A stretch of DNA of 64,000 bases from contig JAZORD010000027.1 in the NCBI GenBank assembly GCA_045656445.1, positions 2,452 through 66,451 on the forward strand, given 5' to 3'. Below the pieces are notes generated by a model. It saw only the letters and a list, made by a program, of their open reading frames with translations. It made no database searches and had not been told where the DNA came from. The position numbers and the translations under genes were made by a program. The DNA comes from Eubacteriales bacterium. Its GTDB lineage: Bacteria; Bacillota; Clostridia; Oscillospirales; CAG-272. Positions 54,761 through 64,000 of this stretch are shown here, piece after piece; the first letter of the stretch is position 1, and each line of letters starts with the position of its first letter.

Positions 54761-55417
54761 TTATGCCTTTGCTCCATTTACTTCAAGATATTTTTTGATG
54801 CGGTCTACGTTTTCGCGGTTTTCCGGTTTTTCCTCAAGATATTCTATTATATCGTAAACATCTACAACCGAGTAAACAGGGAATCCAAACTCCTCCCCGA
54901 CCTCTGCCATTGCAGATTTCTCGGTCTTACCCTTTTCCTTGCGGTCAACCATAACAAAAGTAGCTATAACCTTAGTTCCTTTGAGAGAGGAGAGAATCTC
55001 CATACTTTCGCGGATTGCCGTACCGGCTGTGATAACGTCCTCCACGATAACGATTTTCTCGTCTTCCTTTGGAACGTAACCGACGAAAACTCCGCCCTCG
55101 CCGTGATCCTTTGCTTCCTTTCTGTTGAAGAAGAAGGGAAGATCAAGTCCGGATTTTGCAAGCGCTACGGCAGAGGAAACTGCAATTGAAATGCCCTTAT
55201 ATGCAGGTCCGTAAAGCACGGCCTTTTCCTTGCCGACCTTTTCAAGATAAGCCTTTGCGTAAAATTCACCGAGCTTCGAAATCTGCTCACCGGTTTTTAT
55301 ATCTCCGGCATTGATGAAATAGGGAATCTTTCTTCCGCTTTTCGCTGTGAAATCTCCAAATTTGAGAACTCCTGCGTCCTCAAGGAATTTTATAAATTCT
55401 CTTTTATAGCTTTCCAT
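54761..55417 (-). CDS. pyrE: Orotate phosphoribosyltransferase
   Basis: PRPP-binding motif VIVEDVITAGTA. 218 aa. Confidence 0.92.
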   Translation of the reverse strand: MESYKREFIKFLEDAGVLKFGDFTAKSGRKIPYFINAGDIKTGEQISKLGEFYAKAYLEKVGKEKAVLYGPAYKGISIAVSSAVALAKSGLDLPFFFNRKEAKDHGEGGVFVGYVPKEDEKIVIVEDVITAGTAIRESMEILSSLKGTKVIATFVMVDRKEKGKTEKSAMAEVGEEFGFPVYSVVDVYDIIEYLEEKPENRENVDRIKKYLEVNGAKA

Positions 55418-55430
55418 TGCAAAAATCCTT

Positions 55431-56129
55431 TCAATCTACAAATTCGTTTATGCAGCGCTCGTAAGCTGCAACGGGGTCGGCAGCTGCTGTTATGGGTCTG
55501 CCAACTACGATATAGTCAGAGCCAATGCCCTTTGCCTCAGCGGGCGCCATAACGCGCTTTTGGTCGCCGACGTCACCGTCAGCAAATCTGACTCCGGGTG
55601 TAACCGTTACGAAATCCTTGCCGCACGCCTCATGAACTCCGCCTGCTTCAAGAGGGGAGCAAACTACACCGTCAAGACCTGCCGCTTTGGCGTTTTTAGC
55701 GTAGTGCATTACCACGTCTTCGATAGGCTCGTTTATGAGGAGGTCGCGCTTCATCGTTTCCTCGTCAGTGGAGGTAAGCTGAGTTACTGCGATAAGAATA
55801 GGTCTTGTTCCGTCGGGCTTTGTGAGACCCTCTATTGCCGCCTGCATCATAGGAATTGTTCCGCTTGCGTGAAGGTTAGTCATATCCACGTCAAGACGGG
55901 ATAGCACTGCCATGGATTTTTTAACCGTATTAGGAATATCATGCAGCTTGAGGTCGAGGAAAATCTTGTGACCTCTTTTCTTAATCTCACGCACTATTGA
56001 CGGACCTTCTGCATAATAAAGCTCCATACCTATCTTTACGAAGGGCTTTTTTCCCTCGAACTTGTCAAGAAACTTAAAGGTGTCCTCAGCGCTTGCAAAA
56101 TCGCAAGCAATTATAACGTCCTTTCCCAT
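55431..56129 (-). CDS. pyrF: Orotidine 5'-phosphate decarboxylase
   Basis: IIACDF...FVKIG...[13 protein letters not shown] prefer the ATG at 56129 (AGAGAGGA RBS). The longer track ORF would overlap pyrD. Confidence 0.9.
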   Translation of the reverse strand: MGKDVIIACDFASAEDTFKFLDKFEGKKPFVKIGMELYYAEGPSIVREIKKRGHKIFLDLKLHDIPNTVKKSMAVLSRLDVDMTNLHASGTIPMMQAAIEGLTKPDGTRPILIAVTQLTSTDEETMKRDLLINEPIEDVVMHYAKNAKAAGLDGVVCSPLEAGGVHEACGKDFVTVTPGVRFADGDVGDQKRVMAPAEAKGIGSDYIVVGRPITAAADPVAAYERCINEFVD

Positions 56130-56149
56130 TACTAAATCCTCTCTTATGA

Positions 56150-57064
56150 TTATATATGTGCCGCGCCGATTATCTCGGAAAGACTTTGTATGCGGTATTT
56201 TTCCATTACCTTTGGCAAATTTTCTATAATATCTCTGCACGCATAGGGGTTTACCAGGTTCGCAGCCCCTACCTCGACCGCAGTGGCGCCTGCCATCATA
56301 AACTCTATAACGTCCTCTGCCGTTGATATACCGCCCATTCCCACAATGGGAATTTTAACTGCGTCGTAAACCTGATATACCATACGGATGGCAACCGGCT
56401 TTATAGCGGGGCCTGAATAACCGCCGGTTTTATTAGCGAGCAGGGGAGCGCGTTTCTTTAGGTCTATTCTCATTCCGAGAAGCGTGTTTATAAGGCTGAT
56501 ACCGTCAGCGCCGGACGCCTCGCAGGCCTTTGCTATCGATGCAATATCGGTAACGTTAGGGGAGAGCTTTATTATGAGGGGCTTTTGAGTTACACGCCTT
56601 ACGGCTTTGGTAATCTCACCCGCTGCCTCGGGAGATGTGCCGAAGCTCATACCTCCGCCGTGCACGTTCGGGCAGGAGATATTAATCTCAAACCATCCTA
56701 TATCGGCTTCTGAGTCAAGTTTTTCAACCGTGCTGACATATTCGTATTCGGAAAAGCCTGAAACGTTAGCCATAACAGGCTTTTTAAAAACCTTACGAAG
56801 CCTTGGAAGCTCGTTTTCTATTACCGAGTCAACTCCGGGATTCTGAAGTCCTACGGCATTTAGCATTCCCGAGGGACATTCGGCAATTCTCGGAGTTGGG
56901 TTTCCAAATCTTGCCTCAAGAGTAGTTCCCTTGAAGGATAGCGAGCCGAGGATATTTATATCGTAAAGTTCAGCAAACTCATAACCGAAGCCGTAGGTTC
57001 CGCTGGCGGGAATAATCGGGTTATCAAGCTCAATTCCGCAAAGGGTTGTTTTAAGACTTACCAT
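56150..57064 (-). CDS. pyrD: Dihydroorotate dehydrogenase, class 1B catalytic subunit
   Basis: [18 protein letters not shown]. Paired with pyrK. Confidence 0.92.
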   Translation of the reverse strand: MVSLKTTLCGIELDNPIIPASGTYGFGYEFAELYDINILGSLSFKGTTLEARFGNPTPRIAECPSGMLNAVGLQNPGVDSVIENELPRLRKVFKKPVMANVSGFSEYEYVSTVEKLDSEADIGWFEINISCPNVHGGGMSFGTSPEAAGEITKAVRRVTQKPLIIKLSPNVTDIASIAKACEASGADGISLINTLLGMRIDLKKRAPLLANKTGGYSGPAIKPVAIRMVYQVYDAVKIPIVGMGGISTAEDVIEFMMAGATAVEVGAANLVNPYACRDIIENLPKVMEKYRIQSLSEIIGAAHI

Positions 57065-57801
57065 ATTATCTCCTCCTTGATAAGAACGGGGCCGTCGCGG
57101 CAGATTCGCTTGTTGCCGTACTTCGTTTTACAGCTGCATCCCATACAAGCGCCAAAGCCGCATCCCATGCGTTCTTCAAAGCTGAACTGGCCGGACGTGG
57201 TTGACTTATCGTATATAGCCTTAAGCATAGGCTCAGGACCGCAGGTGTAAAAATAGGTGTAATTAAGGTCAATCATAGCGTCGGTAACAAAGCCCTTGAC
57301 TCCATAGCTTCCGTCTGCCGTTGTGACGATGACGGATGCGCCGAGATTTTCAAACTCTTCCTTGTAGAACACCTCGTCCGATGAGCCAAAGCCGAGAATG
57401 ACCGCTGGTTTTTTGCCTGCCGAAATAAGCTCCTTTGCCAGCATATACATCGGTGGAACGCCTGCGCCCCCACCGATAAGGAGGGGGGAATTTCCGGCGA
57501 GAGCTGTGTCGTAGCCGTTTCCAAGCCCGGTGAGAATGTCAAGCTTCTCGCCGGGGAGCATTTTTGCCATTTTTGCCGTTCCCTCGCCGACCGCCTTGAA
57601 TATGAGCGTCAGCTGACCCTTCTCACTGTCACAAACCGAGATAGGACGTCTTAAATAGAATCCGTCAAGCTGAATGTTGACGAACTGACCGGGAGCTGTA
57701 ATATCGGACGTATCTCCCGAAAGAAGCCATTGATAAGTGTTCTTCGCTATTTTCTTGTTTGATAAAAGCGTAAATATTCCTGTCTTCATATTAGCTGTCA
57801 A
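57058..57801 (-). CDS. pyrK: Dihydroorotate dehydrogenase electron-transfer subunit (FAD/[2Fe-2S])
   Basis: RRPISV FAD motif and a C-terminal CGFGACMGCSC...C cluster. Confidence 0.9.
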   Translation of the reverse strand: MTANMKTGIFTLLSNKKIAKNTYQWLLSGDTSDITAPGQFVNIQLDGFYLRRPISVCDSEKGQLTLIFKAVGEGTAKMAKMLPGEKLDILTGLGNGYDTALAGNSPLLIGGGAGVPPMYMLAKELISAGKKPAVILGFGSSDEVFYKEEFENLGASVIVTTADGSYGVKGFVTDAMIDLNYTYFYTCGPEPMLKAIYDKSTTSGQFSFEERMGCGFGACMGCSCKTKYGNKRICRDGPVLIKEEIIW

Positions 57802-60800
57802 TGGTAGAAATAGTTATTGTGATGTCCTCAAGCACGTCGAGAAGAACTCTTACCGTGTCAAGAGAGGTGAACATTGTCGTTCCGGTCTCAACTGCGAGCG
57901 CACGGATTTCGTGACCGTCTTTTTGCTCGGAGGATGAAGAAATATCGCTTGTGTTGATTACGTATGCAACGTGTCCTGAACGGATTGAATCTGCAATATC
58001 GTAAGAGCCGGTGCTTATCTTTTCTTTTATTCTGGTCTTGATACCGTGTTCTTTAAGAAAGGTTGCCGTTCCGCGGGTCGCTTCAATATTGAAGCCGAGA
58101 TTGTAGAAGCGACGAATGAGCGGAAGAGCCTCCTCCTTGTCGGCGTCGGCTATGGTTACGAACACAGTTCCGTAGTTTTGAACACTCATTCCCGATGCCT
58201 GAAGCGCCTTATAGAAGGCTCTGTTGAGGTCATCGTCGTAGCCGATAGCCTCGCCGGTTGATTTCATTTCGGGCGACAGATATGCATCGATTCCGTTTAT
58301 CTTCTTGAAGGAGAACACGGGAACCTTGCAGTACCAGCGCTTTTTCTCCTCGGGATATATGCTGAATATTCCAAGCTCCTTGAGCGTTGCTCCCATAATA
58401 ACCTCGGTAGCTATATCCGCAAGCGAGTAGCCCGTGGATTTAGAGAGGAAGGGGACGGTTCTTGAGGAGCGCGGGTTAACCTCTATGATATACACGTCAT
58501 CGTGCTCATCAACGATAAACTGAATGTTGAAAAGGCCTACGATGCCTATGCCAAGGCCGAGCTTTTTGGTATAGGTAAGAATTTTGCCCTTAACCTTGTC
58601 GGATATTGAGAATGAGGGATATACGCTTATAGAGTCGCCGGAGTGTATACCCGTGCGCTCAACAAGCTCCATTATACCTGCTACGAACACGTCGTGACCG
58701 TCGCAAATGGCGTCAACCTCAACCTCTTTACCCTGAATGTAGTGGTCGACGAGAACGGGCTTGTCCTCATCTATCTCAACAGCGGTGCGAAGGTAGTGTC
58801 TTAGCTGATCCTCGTTTCCTACGAGCTGCATCGCGCGTCCTCCGAGAACGAAGCTTGGACGGACGAGAACAGGGTAGCCTATTTTACTTGCAACTCTTAC
58901 GCCGTCCTCAATTTTTGTGACAGCCTGTCCCTTGGGCTGAGGAATGTTGAGATCCTCAAGAATTTTTTCGAATGCATCGCGGTTTTCTGCTCTTTCGATA
59001 GCATCGCAGTCTGTGCCTATAATCTTAACGCCGCGAGCCGCGAGGGGAGCCGCAAGGTTAATCGCGGTCTGGCCGCCGAGCGATGCGACGACTCCGTCCG
59101 GCTTTTCAAACTCGATAACGCTCATTACGTCTTCCACCGTGAGCGGCTCGAAGTAGAGCTTGTCCGCGGTAGTGTAGTCGGTTGATACGGTTTCGGGGTT
59201 GTTATTGATTATTATGGATTCGTATCCAAGGCGGCGTATCGTATTTACCGCGTGCACCGTCGAGTAGTCGAATTCAACGCCCTGACCGATCCTGATAGGA
59301 CCTGCGCCGAGAACTACTACTTTTTTCTTGTTGGTAAGACGGGACTCGTTTTCTCCCGTGTACGACGAGTAGAAGTACGGAATATACGCACCGACGTGCG
59401 CCGTATCTACCATACGGTATGCGGGAATTATTCCTGCCGCCCTGCGAGCGTTTGCAACCTCAATTTCCGTCAAGCCCCAGAGATTTGCTATCATTTTGTC
59501 GGAAAAGCCCATCACCTTGGCTTCTCTTAGAAGTCTTGTGTCGTTTTTATTGTTTGAAAGAGCCTTTTCCATATCAACTATTTTTTTAAGGGACTCGAGG
59601 AAGAAGGCGGTTATCTTGGTTATTTCGTGAAGCTCATCTACCGTGTGTCCAAGACGCATAAGCTCCGCTATTGCGAAAATATTATCGTCGTGGAACTCGC
59701 TTATATATTTGAGAGTCTTACCTTCGCTCATATTGCGGAATTTGGGCATAGAGAAATGATACACGCCCGTTTCCAGAGAGCGAACGGATTTAAGAAGGCA
59801 CTCCTCGAGATTTGAGCCGATGCTCATACATTCGCCGGTAGCCTTCATCTGAGTTCCAAGCTTGTTCGGAACAGACGTGAACTTGTCAAAGGGGAAACGC
59901 GGGAATTTAGCTACTACGTAGTCAAGCTTTGGCTCAAAGGAGGCCTTTGTTCCGGCAACCTCGATTTCATCAAGCGTCATACCCACAGCTATCTTTGCGG
60001 TAACTCTCGCAATGGGGTAGCCGCTCGCCTTTGAAGCAAGGGCCGAGCTTCTCGAAACTCTCGGATTCACCTCTATTAGATAGTATTCCGAGGATTCGGG
60101 GTTAAGCGCGAACTGAACGTTGCATCCGCCCTCTATTTTAAGCTCGCGGATGAGCTTTATCGCGCTGTCGTTGAGCATTTTAAGGTCGTGGTCGTTAAGA
60201 GTCATAATCGGTGCAACGACGATGCTGTCGCCGGTATGAACGCCTACGGGGTCAATGTTTTCCATACCGCATATGGTTATAGCGTTGTCCGCGCCGTCAC
60301 GCATAACCTCAAACTCTATTTCCTTATATCCTTTAACGCTTTTTTCAACAAGCACCTGATGTACGGGGGAAGCCGCAAGTGCACCTACCGCAAGAGCTCT
60401 GAGCTCTGACTCGTCGTAAGCAAATCCTCCGCCTGTGCCGCCAAGAGTAAACGCGGGGCGCAGAACTACGGGAAAGCCTATTTTATTTGCCGCTTCTACA
60501 GCCTCCTCAAGCGTGTTTGCAATATCCGAGGGGATAACCGGTTCTCCGATAGACTCGCAGAGCTCTTTGAAAAGCTCTCTGTCCTCGGCTCTCTCAATGC
60601 TGACGCTTGACGTTCCGAGAAGCTCAACTCCGTTTTCCTTGAGTATGCCCTTTTTCTCAAGAAGCATTGCCATATTAAGACCGGTCTGGCCGCCGATTCC
60701 GGGCACTATCGCATCGGGGCGCTCGTATCTTATGATTTTCGCGATATATTCAAGAGTCAGGGGCTCCATATATACCTTATCCGCTATAGTGGTGTCGGTC

Positions 60801-60964
60801 ATAATCGTTGCCGGGTTAGAGTTTACGAGGATTACCTCGTAGCCCTCCTCCTTGAGCGCAAGGCACGCCTGAGTGCCTGCGTAGTCAAACTCGGCAGCCT
60901 GGCCTATAACTATAGGGCCTGAGCCGATAATCATAACTCGCTTGATGTCTGTTCTCTTTGCCAT
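57791..60964 (-). CDS. carB: Carbamoyl-phosphate synthase large subunit
   Basis: 1057 aa with duplicated ATP-grasp halves (IGQAAEFDYAGTQA and IGQGVEFDYSTVHA) and a C-terminal MGS-like domain. Confidence 0.97.
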   Translation of the reverse strand: MAKRTDIKRVMIIGSGPIVIGQAAEFDYAGTQACLALKEEGYEVILVNSNPATIMTDTTIADKVYMEPLTLEYIAKIIRYERPDAIVPGIGGQTGLNMAMLLEKKGILKENGVELLGTSSVSIERAEDRELFKELCESIGEPVIPSDIANTLEEAVEAANKIGFPVVLRPAFTLGGTGGGFAYDESELRALAVGALAASPVHQVLVEKSVKGYKEIEFEVMRDGADNAITICGMENIDPVGVHTGDSIVVAPIMTLNDHDLKMLNDSAIKLIRELKIEGGCNVQFALNPESSEYYLIEVNPRVSRSSALASKASGYPIARVTAKIAVGMTLDEIEVAGTKASFEPKLDYVVAKFPRFPFDKFTSVPNKLGTQMKATGECMSIGSNLEECLLKSVRSLETGVYHFSMPKFRNMSEGKTLKYISEFHDDNIFAIAELMRLGHTVDELHEITKITAFFLESLKKIVDMEKALSNNKNDTRLLREAKVMGFSDKMIANLWGLTEIEVANARRAAGIIPAYRMVDTAHVGAYIPYFYSSYTGENESRLTNKKKVVVLGAGPIRIGQGVEFDYSTVHAVNTIRRLGYESIIINNNPETVSTDYTTADKLYFEPLTVEDVMSVIEFEKPDGVVASLGGQTAINLAAPLAARGVKIIGTDCDAIERAENRDAFEKILEDLNIPQPKGQAVTKIEDGVRVASKIGYPVLVRPSFVLGGRAMQLVGNEDQLRHYLRTAVEIDEDKPVLVDHYIQGKEVEVDAICDGHDVFVAGIMELVERTGIHSGDSISVYPSFSISDKVKGKILTYTKKLGLGIGIVGLFNIQFIVDEHDDVYIIEVNPRSSRTVPFLSKSTGYSLADIATEVIMGATLKELGIFSIYPEEKKRWYCKVPVFSFKKINGIDAYLSPEMKSTGEAIGYDDDLNRAFYKALQASGMSVQNYGTVFVTIADADKEEALPLIRRFYNLGFNIEATRGTATFLKEHGIKTRIKEKISTGSYDIADSIRSGHVAYVINTSDISSSSEQKDGHEIRALAVETGTTMFTSLDTVRVLLDVLEDITITISTIDS

Positions 60965-60994
60965 TTTTAATTCCTTCCGTTCTTATCGTATATA

Positions 60995-62242
60995 TTATTT
61001 TATTCTTTCATCCTGATAGACGGGTTTTCCCTGACAAACTGTCAAAAGGCATCTACCCTTGACCCGCCAGCCCTCAAAGGGCGTAGCCTTGCCCATTGAA
61101 AGAAAGTCGTCGGGTTTTATTTCGTATTCTTCAGAAAGGTCGAATACCGTAAATCCCGGATCGTCCGTAATTCCGAACCTCTTCCTCGGCGCAACTGACA
61201 TAAGCTCTGCAAGTGCCTCAAGGGTTATAACTCCCGGTAAAACCAGCTTTGTATAAAGAACCGCAAATGCAGTTTCAAGCCCGACAACACCCATAAGGCT
61301 GCCCTCAAGCCCCTTTGATTTTTCCTCTGCCGAGTGAGGAGCGTGATCGGTTGCTATCATATCCACCGTGCCGTCAAGTATACCCTCAATGAGCGCCGCT
61401 CTGTCAGTTGCAGAGCGTATCGGCGGATTCATTTTAAAGCGTCCGTCCTCCATCAGCATAGAGTCATCCATAGTAAGATAGTGCGGTCCTGTTTCGCAGG
61501 TGACGTCTATACCCTGACGCTTTGCTTCTCTTATTGCGTCGACGCTTTCCTTCGCGGATACGTGGCAAACGTGATATTTACAGCCGGTTTCCATAACAAG
61601 ACTGAGGTCGCGGATTACCGCTGCGTACTCGCTTTCAGAGCATATACCCCTGTGGCCATGAGTCCTTGCGTACTCTCCGTCGTGAATATATCCGCCGCGA
61701 AGAAGAGAATTATCCTCACAGTGCGCTACTATAATTTTCCCGAGCGCCTTTGCTCTTTTCATCGCCTGCTTCATTAATTCGGGGGACTGGACGCCTCGTC
61801 CGTCATCGGAAAAGGCAATAACGCCGCCTGCTATGTCCTCCATTTTTGAAAGGGATTGCCCCTCTTCGCCAACGGTTATCGAGCCGTAAGGATAAACGGA
61901 TATTTTCGCGCCGCGGCGTATAGCGTCGAGCTGAAGCTCAAGGCTTTCTTTGCAGTCGGGGGTGGGGTTGAGGTTGGGCATTGTCATAACCGCAGTATAT
62001 CCTCCGCGAGCTGCAGCAAGAGTGCCGGACTCTATAGTTTCTTTATATGAAAATCCCGGTTCTCTGAAATGTACGTGTACATCGCAAAAACCGGGAAAAA
62101 TAACGGCGTTATCAATAACTTTGGCTTCAGCGGGAAATAAATCGCCATGGAAAACGGAAAGGGTAGCGCCGTCGAAAAGCATGTTTTGCATTTTCATCTC
62201 GCCGCTTTCATAAATCATTGCATTTTTGAAAACGATTGTCAT
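60995..62242 (-). CDS. pyrC: Dihydroorotase
   Basis: DVHVHFREPG metal-binding motif, AFSDDG and ATDHAPH. 415 aa. Confidence 0.92.
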   Translation of the reverse strand: MTIVFKNAMIYESGEMKMQNMLFDGATLSVFHGDLFPAEAKVIDNAVIFPGFCDVHVHFREPGFSYKETIESGTLAAARGGYTAVMTMPNLNPTPDCKESLELQLDAIRRGAKISVYPYGSITVGEEGQSLSKMEDIAGGVIAFSDDGRGVQSPELMKQAMKRAKALGKIIVAHCEDNSLLRGGYIHDGEYARTHGHRGICSESEYAAVIRDLSLVMETGCKYHVCHVSAKESVDAIREAKRQGIDVTCETGPHYLTMDDSMLMEDGRFKMNPPIRSATDRAALIEGILDGTVDMIATDHAPHSAEEKSKGLEGSLMGVVGLETAFAVLYTKLVLPGVITLEALAELMSVAPRKRFGITDDPGFTVFDLSEEYEIKPDDFLSMGKATPFEGWRVKGRCLLTVCQGKPVYQDERIK

Positions 62243-62275
62243 AACGTGTTACCTCTTTACCTAATTATCTTAAAC

Positions 62276-62304
62276 ATTATACCACACATAAATATATAAG
62301 TCAA
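62276..62304 (-). promoter_or_regulatory. Sigma-A-type promoter of the pyr operon
   Basis: On the minus strand: TTGACT (62304..62299), 17-nt spacer ending in TGG, TATAAT (62281..62276). Only about 27 nt separate the predicted TSS from the ATG. Confidence 0.6.
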
Positions 62305-62338
62305 TAGAGAAAGAGCATAAAATGACGGAATAAATCTA

Positions 62339-62367
62339 TTGAACTTTTATTTATTTTGTGATAAAAT
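62339..62367 (+). promoter_or_regulatory. Sigma-A-type promoter of the aldo/keto reductase gene
   Basis: TTGAAC (62339..62344), 17-nt spacer ending in TGA, TAAAAT (62362..62367). Confidence 0.55.
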
Positions 62368-62406
62368 GTAATAAAAGAAGAACGGATTCAAAGAAGGAGT
62401 ATCAGC

Positions 62407-63411
62407 GTGCAAACGGTAAGACTTGGTAAAACTAATTTAACGGTAAGCAAAAATGGCTTTGGAGCGCTGCCTATTCAACGTGTCGGTATGGACGAAGCAC
62501 GCCGCATTTTAAGAAAGGCGTATCTTGGAGGAATCAATTACTTTGACACGGCAAGATTTTACACGGATAGCGAGGAAAAGATAGGCGAGGCGCTTTCGGA
62601 CGTTCGAGAAAATATAATTATATCAACGAAAACTATGCGTACAGACGTCGATGGATTTTGGCGTGAGCTCAGGCAAAGCCTTTCACTGCTTAAGACCGAT
62701 TATATTGACATATATCAGTTCCACAACCCGCCGTTTTGCCCGAAGCCCGGTGACGGCACGGGACTGTACGAAGCAATGCTTCTTGCAAAGGAAAAGGGCT
62801 TGATTCGGCATATAGGTATTACGAGTCATAAGCTCAAAATTGCCGAGGAAGCAGTTGAGTCGGGGCTTTATGAAACACTTCAGTTTCCGTTTTCCTATCT
62901 TGCTAGCGAAAAAGAGGAGGCGCTCGTTCGTTTGTGCGAGGAGCGCGACGTTGGATTTATTTGTATGAAGGCCCTTGCAGGTGGGCTTATCACTCGCTCC
63001 GACGCAGCCTACGCCTACCTTGCTAAATATCCTGTTGCTCCGATATGGGGTATACAGCGCGAGTGCGAGCTTGATGAATTTCTTTCCTATAACAAAAATC
63101 CGCCGCGCCTTACTGACGAGATAATCTCTTACATAGAGAGGGAAAGAGCCGAGCTCTCCGGTGAGTTCTGCCGCGGCTGCGGTTATTGTATGCCGTGTCC
63201 TGTTGGAATAGAAATAAACAACTGCGCGCGAATGTCGCTTATGCTTCGCAGAGCGCCTATTGCAATGAGCCTGACACCCGACCAGCAGGAAAAAATGAAA
63301 AAGATTGTGGATTGTATAAATTGCGGACAGTGTAAGGAAAAATGTCCGTACGGGCTTGATACCCCGAATCTTTTGAAGAGAAACTACGAGGATTATCAAA
63401 CCTTCCTATAA
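62407..63411 (+). CDS. Aldo/keto reductase with a C-terminal Fe-S (ferredoxin-like) cysteine motif
   Basis: AKR core (FDTARFY, ..SHK..). C-terminal CRGCGYCMPCP and CINCGQCKEKCP. GTG start at 62407 with a GAAGGAG RBS. Confidence 0.8.
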   Translation: MQTVRLGKTNLTVSKNGFGALPIQRVGMDEARRILRKAYLGGINYFDTARFYTDSEEKIGEALSDVRENIIISTKTMRTDVDGFWRELRQSLSLLKTDYIDIYQFHNPPFCPKPGDGTGLYEAMLLAKEKGLIRHIGITSHKLKIAEEAVESGLYETLQFPFSYLASEKEEALVRLCEERDVGFICMKALAGGLITRSDAAYAYLAKYPVAPIWGIQRECELDEFLSYNKNPPRLTDEIISYIERERAELSGEFCRGCGYCMPCPVGIEINNCARMSLMLRRAPIAMSLTPDQQEKMKKIVDCINCGQCKEKCPYGLDTPNLLKRNYEDYQTFL

Positions 63412-63417
63412 GAAACC

Positions 63418-63459
63418 AAAACGCTCGCATCATCACGATAAGTGGAACGCGGGCGTTTT
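63418..63459 (+). terminator. Rho-independent terminator
   Basis: AAAACGCTCGC (63418..63428) pairs with GCGGGCGTTTT (63449..63459), with one G-U pair. The T-run forms part of the 3' arm. Confidence 0.5.
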
Positions 63460-63508
63460 ATATGTAAATAATAATGGTCAAATCCTTTGTGCGTTTTTGT
63501 GCTCCGTA

Positions 63509-64000
63509 TCAAGCGCGCAGTTGCCAGAATGCTATAGCGGCTGCGGCGGCAACGTTAAGAGAATCCACGCCGTTAGACATCGGAATTTTTACGGTATAGT
63601 CGCATTTTGAAATAGTGGATTTTGCAAGTCCGTTACCCTCCGATCCAAGAATTACAGCAAGTCTTTCTTCGGCTAAAAGGCAGGGGTCGTTTATACTGAC
63701 TGAGCAGTCTGACAGAGCCATTGCGGCGGTTTTGAATCCAATACCGCGAAGCATTTCGATGCCGCCCTCGAGCCACCCCTCGCGGCTGTCACATATTCGC
63801 GTCCACGGAACCTGCAGGACCGTACCCATACTTACACGAAGCGCACGTCTGCAAAGTGGGTCGCAACAGGTTGGCGTTATGAGAACCGCGTCAATTCCGA
63901 GCGCCGCGGCAGATCGAAAAATAGCGCCCACGTTTGTCGAGGCGGCTATTTCCTCAAGAACGGCAACTCGCCGCGCTCCTGCGCATAGTGATTCCGGTGA
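63509..64000 (-). CDS. TrmH/SpoU-family RNA 2'-O-methyltransferase (C-terminal part; continues past the window end)
   Basis: The frame stays open to position 64000. My own translation upstream of the track ORF gives ...VAVLEEIAASTNVGAIFRSAAALG (SpoU motif 1). The later motifs LGSEGNG and IPM.G..DSLNV are also present. Confidence 0.78.
   Translation of the reverse strand, partial: SPESLCAGARRVAVLEEIAASTNVGAIFRSAAALGIDAVLITPTCCDPLCRRALRVSMGTVLQVPWTRICDSREGWLEGGIEMLRGIGFKTAAMALSDCSVSINDPCLLAEERLAVILGSEGNGLAKSTISKCDYTVKIPMSNGVDSLNVAAAAAIAFWQLRA

Overview
This 64-kb chromosomal window looks like it comes from an anaerobic, endospore-forming Firmicute (Clostridia-like). Supporting markers are a CIRCE/HrcA-controlled hrcA-grpE-dnaK-dnaJ operon, rny-ymdB, a 26-codon spoVM, a GerA-family germination protein, and B12-dependent glutamate fermentation genes. 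No rRNA, CRISPR array, transposase or integrase was seen. There is one tRNA, tRNA-Pro(CGG).

Four blocks stand out.

1. 25.1-33.1 kb: a tightly packed seven-gene minus-strand operon that parallels the Gram-negative arn (lipid A Ara4N) pathway step for step. It encodes a YfhO-type GT-C, a WecE/ArnB-class aminotransferase, an SDR, an ArnC/GtrB-class polyprenyl-phosphate GT2, an ATP-grasp ligase and two ArnE/ArnF-sized EamA half-transporters. I read it as a candidate undescribed lipid-linked, possibly aminoacylated, amino-sugar surface-decoration system. It is divergently paired with a GT8 / PlsC-like / CrtO-like acyltransferase operon.

2. 36.4-48.6 kb: a complete methylaspartate pathway of glutamate fermentation (glmS-glmL-glmE, methylaspartase, two-subunit class I fumarase). 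The citCDEF/citXG homologues next to it are more likely citramalate lyase than citrate lyase. An uncharacterised P-loop protein is embedded in the activation operon.

3. 48.9-53.4 kb: a patchwork region next to tRNA-Pro. It holds an arsC pair, a P-loop kinase, two gene fragments, bcp and a transporter, punctuated by a thrice-repeated palindromic 14-16 nt motif.

4. 53.7-62.2 kb: the pyr operon pyrC-carB-pyrK-pyrD-pyrF-pyrE-pyrB. It has no carA, and its PyrB carries a C-terminal PyrI-like zinc-domain extension.

All functional calls rest on reading the supplied translations, or my own, against remembered family motifs. No database search was run.
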